IMG/VR virus record: IMGVR_UViG_3300026549_000002
Strand: one strand, 5' to 3'
Length of the DNA: 20,000 nucleotides
From: an uncultured virus (IMG/VR IMGVR_UViG_3300026549_000002)
Taxonomy: Duplodnaviria; Heunggongvirae; Uroviricota; Caudoviricetes
The position numbers and the translations under genes are program-made. How positions within the stretch are numbered: position 1 is the stretch's first letter; each line of letters begins with the position of its first letter. This document shows, one piece after another, positions 17,258 to 20,000 of this stretch. The notes below the pieces were generated by a model. The model was not told the origin of the DNA, searched no databases, and saw nothing but the letters and a program-made list of their open reading frames with translations.

Positions 17258-17725
17258 ATGAAAGATAAAATACCAAATGTTGCGATTATAGGCGGAGATT
17301 ATCAATCAATAGACTTACTTTCAGAAAAGATATACGATATTATATGGCCAAGAGGTATATATACTATCAATATATTATATTCTGATGAAAATGCTTTAGG
17401 CTACATATGGGCAAGAGAGAATGGGATGCCAGTGAAACGAGTCTGGGCGCATTCACCAAGCAAGCTCCGCCGCAGATTAATATTTTTTGAAGCAGATTAT
17501 ATATTTTTTCTATTGCATGATGAACAGTGGATTAAGAATATAATCATGGAATATAAAATGACTGGCAAACATGGTACAGTCATATATACACCTTATGCGG
17601 CGGCACCCTCCTTTACCGGTTTTACACCTCCCGCCGCCGCATTATCACCATTACCAGACTTCATTTGGGAACCAGATGAAGATTTTTATTATGAGGAGTT
17701 ATTTAAATGGATAATAGATACTTAG
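17258..17725 (+). CDS. Degenerate SLOG-family (DUF2493-like) protein
   Basis: ATG at 17258 (the track's TTG at 17219 is the -35 box). VAIIGGD and ALGYIWARENGMPV resemble the DUF2493 SLOG pattern, but the GaxGaD loop is absent. Confidence 0.55.
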   Translation: MKDKIPNVAIIGGDYQSIDLLSEKIYDIIWPRGIYTINILYSDENALGYIWARENGMPVKRVWAHSPSKLRRRLIFFEADYIFFLLHDEQWIKNIIMEYKMTGKHGTVIYTPYAAAPSFTGFTPPAAALSPLPDFIWEPDEDFYYEELFKWIIDT

Positions 17726-17871
17726 ACCCAGATGCAATTGGGTATGAAGCACCTAATAAAGTGATATATAAAACAAGAGACCTCGTTAAAAATCAGTATT
17801 GCCCAATAGATGGACACTATTGTGAACAACCAAGCTGCGAAAATTGTCAATTTGAAGCAACTATGAATTAG
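17707..17871 (+). CDS. 54-aa Cys-rich microprotein
   Basis: Not in track. GAGGAG at 17693-17698 then MDNRYLDPDAIGYEAPNKVIYKTRDLVKNQYCPIDGHYCEQPSCENCQFEATMN*. Fills the gap between neighbours. Confidence 0.7.
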   Translation: MDNRYLDPDAIGYEAPNKVIYKTRDLVKNQYCPIDGHYCEQPSCENCQFEATMN

Positions 17872-17879
17872 GAGGGACT

Positions 17880-18374
17880 ATGAGAATAGGTATTATAGGA
17901 TTGCGACAAGCTGAAATTGAAGGACAAGAGGAAAGAATACGAGAATGGATTGCGGCTGAGCTGGACCAGTTCCGAGGATCCGATTTAACGGGGCCGCCGC
18001 ATGATTGTTTTTGTGCAGGTGGAAAGGGTGTTGACCATATTTTTGGACAGTGTGTTCTTGCTAGTGGTAATAATTTACACCTTATCTTTCCATATCCTAG
18101 AAAAGCTAATAAAGAAGGACAACAACTCGCTGCTGCCGCAATGTCTGTTTCTTATATAGCATCAAAATATAGCAAAGGATGTTATGCTTTACAAAATCTA
18201 AATATGGTAGATAATATAGATACGTTATTGGTTGTTTGGAGAGGTAAGATGACGGGCGCCATTGGTCGCACTATTAGGATGGCACAGACCGCCGGCCGCA
18301 CGATTCATTACCTGAATTTAGAGGAGGATTCTGATGTTTGGGAAGAAGAACGAACCAGTGAGGTTGATTCATAA
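17880..18374 (+). CDS. SLOG-family protein (YpsA/DUF1273-like), divergent
   Basis: RIGIIGLR, GGKGVD, LHLIFPY, N..MVDNIDTLLVVWRG and TIRMAQTAGRTI match the YpsA-like SLOG layout. AGGAGG RBS. Confidence 0.75.
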   Translation: MRIGIIGLRQAEIEGQEERIREWIAAELDQFRGSDLTGPPHDCFCAGGKGVDHIFGQCVLASGNNLHLIFPYPRKANKEGQQLAAAAMSVSYIASKYSKGCYALQNLNMVDNIDTLLVVWRGKMTGAIGRTIRMAQTAGRTIHYLNLEEDSDVWEEERTSEVDS

Positions 18375-18732
18375 TGATTGGGGTAGTTTTATAAAGATAC
18401 CTAATGATGGGTATTTTTGGAACAAGCATCATACATATTTTGTGCTTGGCTCTGCAGATGATATGGATATATCAGAAGATGGAATCTTCTGTACTACTTT
18501 TGTAAATTATCCTGTGGAGAAGATGAAAGTTAGAGTAATGAGTTCAGATATTTATCCGCAGTTTATGATAATGGAGATTGATGTATCTGTAAAAGATGCA
18601 GATCTTTTTGAGCAAGGTCTTGAAAAACTGATGTATAGACTAAATTTTAAAATTAAAGATTATCGGAGCGCCAGCTCTGGGTTCTGGAGAGATGTATATA
18701 AGGAAGCTGAGGAAATAGACAATGGAAATTAA
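18334..18732 (+). CDS. Hypothetical protein
   Basis: 132 aa, GAGGAGG RBS, overlaps both neighbours. Confidence 0.75.
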   Translation: MFGKKNEPVRLIHNDWGSFIKIPNDGYFWNKHHTYFVLGSADDMDISEDGIFCTTFVNYPVEKMKVRVMSSDIYPQFMIMEIDVSVKDADLFEQGLEKLMYRLNFKIKDYRSASSGFWRDVYKEAEEIDNGN

Positions 18733-18907
18733 GAGCACTAGTACTAGTTATACAACATCAAAGACTTGTCCACATATATTACCTTGTGGTATGTGTAGAC
18801 TAACTATGTCACAATGTCCTCGTGGTTGGATGTATAAAACATGGGATATTACTCCTATATATTGCGGCAGCGATAAGACTACTGCTGATGCAGTGAGTAA
18901 AATATAA
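18722..18907 (+). CDS. Small Cys-rich hypothetical protein
   Basis: 61 aa, CPHILPCGMCRLTMSQC, GAGGA RBS, TAATG overlap with next gene. Confidence 0.7.
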   Translation: MEIKSTSTSYTTSKTCPHILPCGMCRLTMSQCPRGWMYKTWDITPIYCGSDKTTADAVSKI

Positions 18908-19092
18908 TGTGGTTTTTAATTGGATTCCTTGCAGGATTAATTTTCTGTTTTGCGACAGATGGTTGGAGAGTTAGAATGTTATTAAGCAGAGGATATGATA
19001 ATGCTGTAAGAGATATTTTAGAATATGGATATTATTATAATAAAGATAATAAACGTGTAGATTTAGGAGGTGTCGCAGACCATGAGGAATAG
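18907..19092 (+). CDS. Small membrane-anchored hypothetical protein
   Basis: 61 aa, N-terminal hydrophobic WFLIGFLAGLIFCFA, translationally coupled. Confidence 0.7.
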   Translation: MWFLIGFLAGLIFCFATDGWRVRMLLSRGYDNAVRDILEYGYYYNKDNKRVDLGGVADHEE

Positions 19093-19294
19093 TTGGTGTG
19101 AGACTTGTGCAAGAAAATATATGTGCTATGATATAGAAGTGCGGCCAAGTTGTTATATACCTGTGACTAGTAATGAAAGAGTAGAGCCGCCGCAGTTAGA
19201 TGGAGCAATGATTTTATTATATGATGATGTATTAGATGTAATAAAGAAACGTAGGAACGTCGTAGACCATGACAACAAAAGAAAAAATATATGA
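19082..19294 (+). CDS. Small Cys-rich hypothetical protein
   Basis: ATG at 19082 after AGGAGG. CETC...C...C pattern, 70 aa. Confidence 0.7.
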   Translation: MRNSWCETCARKYMCYDIEVRPSCYIPVTSNERVEPPQLDGAMILLYDDVLDVIKKRRNVVDHDNKRKNI

Positions 19295-19421
19295 AATTGG
19301 GATAGCTTATAATAAGATAGATGCAGTATTGAAAGATACTGATATAGATTTGTGGGCGTATAAATATTTAGAGGATGCGTTAGTATATTTAGAATTTTAT
19401 TTTGAGGAGCAAGAGATATAA
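19269..19421 (+). CDS. 50-aa hypothetical protein
   Basis: Not in track. MTTKEKIYEIGIAYNKIDAVLKDTDIDLWAYKYLEDALVYLEFYFEEQEI*, ending in a TAATG overlap with the next gene. Confidence 0.65.
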   Translation: MTTKEKIYEIGIAYNKIDAVLKDTDIDLWAYKYLEDALVYLEFYFEEQEI

Positions 19422-19648
19422 TGGCTTTTAAGGTTGCGCCAAATTGCTACTGGTATAGTAAAGAAACAAACGACCCATCTTATTGCAGACTGCGGCGGGA
19501 CTATATTGAGGATATAGGCGGCTGTACCTATTGTTATATGGATAAGGATGTGGTAGATATTTTAATGCAAAGTTTAAATAATTTGATGTTGGATAAGATT
19601 ATTAAAGTTGAAAAAATAAGGCACGGAATGGATGAGTTTGAGAACTGA
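19421..19648 (+). CDS. Small Cys-containing hypothetical protein
   Basis: 75 aa, GAGGAG RBS, NCYWY...C...CTYC. Confidence 0.7.
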   Translation: MAFKVAPNCYWYSKETNDPSYCRLRRDYIEDIGGCTYCYMDKDVVDILMQSLNNLMLDKIIKVEKIRHGMDEFEN

Positions 19649-19662
19649 TTGCGGCGGGAGTG

Positions 19663-19735
19663 TTTTTTGGATAGTAATGTGGAAACGAAAATATTTTTTG
19701 GATTCGTTATATGAGAATGGAAATATTTTTTGGAT
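19663..19735 (+). repeat. Three direct repeats TTTTTTGGAT at 31-32 bp period
   Basis: Copies at 19663, 19694 and 19726. The last two extend to AAATATTTTTTGGAT. Confidence 0.75.
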
Positions 19736-19873
19736 GCGGAATTGTGCAGACCAAAACGATTTTTCATTTTCAAAAAATTTTCTCCCGAAAATACCACCCC
19801 CTGTAGATGCTAGATTCCTTTTGAAATCATTTTGAGATGGGATAGGGGACCCGGCATAAATACCCCGCTTGCT

Positions 19874-19910
19874 TGGCTCGCTGTTGGTCGCAGCGAGCCA
19901 TTTTTTATTT
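19874..19910 (+). terminator. Rho-independent terminator
   Basis: Perfect 10-bp stem TGGCTCGCTG/CAGCGAGCCA, 7-nt loop, then TTTTTTATTT. Confidence 0.88.
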
Positions 19911-20000
19911 CCAAACACCCACTCAGCAAATTTTTGCTTTGCATTGCGTGAGCATACTTTTTTGCTATTTTACCCAAAATTAAAAAACCGAACAGATGTT

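Larger units (their letters stand above)
1..20000. mobile_element. Tailed dsDNA phage/prophage sequence (SPbeta-like packaging/head module plus adjacent accessory genes)
   Basis: Co-oriented terminase, portal, protease/scaffold, capsid and connector genes, holin and lysins, and a divergent array of small overlapping ORFs. No host housekeeping genes seen. Confidence 0.95.

Noticed and set aside
681..19655. GCCGC as a Chi-like polarised recombination signal
   Set aside because: Both orientations are common (about 37 GCCGC versus 24 GCGGC on the plus strand), so there is no strict polarity.
19663..19735. Mini-CRISPR interpretation of the TTTTTTGGAT repeats
   Set aside because: Repeats of 10-15 bp and a 31-32 bp period are too short, and no cas genes are present in the window.
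19534..19918. ORFs 19534-19797(-), 19574-19918(-) and 19632-19835(+)
   Set aside because: No convincing RBS; they run through T-tract repeats and/or the terminator. The region looks non-coding.
1..20000. Stop-codon reassignment (alternative genetic code)
   Set aside because: Genes are full length under code 11, and TAG (capsid, terL), TGA and TAA all end genes at sensible boundaries.

Overview
AT-rich (roughly one-third GC by eye) segment of a large tailed dsDNA phage or prophage of a Firmicutes-type host, judged from the sigma-A promoters, AGGAG RBSs and Gram-positive lysins. Bases 1-17132 are one minus-strand packaging/head/neck region. In transcription order: HTH/Zn-ribbon protein, CxxC protein (candidate small terminase), terminase large subunit, a lysis cassette (SPP1-type holin plus two multi-domain cell-wall hydrolases), a stand-alone Vsr/DUF559-like nuclease, portal, protease-scaffold, decoration protein, major capsid and head-tail connector genes. 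Apart from the lysis cassette and nuclease, the order recalls the SPbeta yonG-yonF-yonE-yonD-yonC-yonB-yonA-yomZ/Y/X/W block (from memory, not a search). A divergent promoter pair near 17170-17250 drives a plus-strand run of small accessory genes (two degenerate SLOG proteins, several 4-Cys microproteins), followed by a non-coding repeat region and a terminator. The strongest unexplained signal is a roughly tenfold excess of GCSGC (GCCGC/GCGGC): about 60 copies by manual count, including six GCGGCCGC sites, in all reading frames and both orientations. It co-occurs with the Vsr-like nuclease gene, suggesting a possible methylation/mismatch-repair-driven or protein-bound genome-marking system. 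All assignments come from motif reading; no database searches were run.
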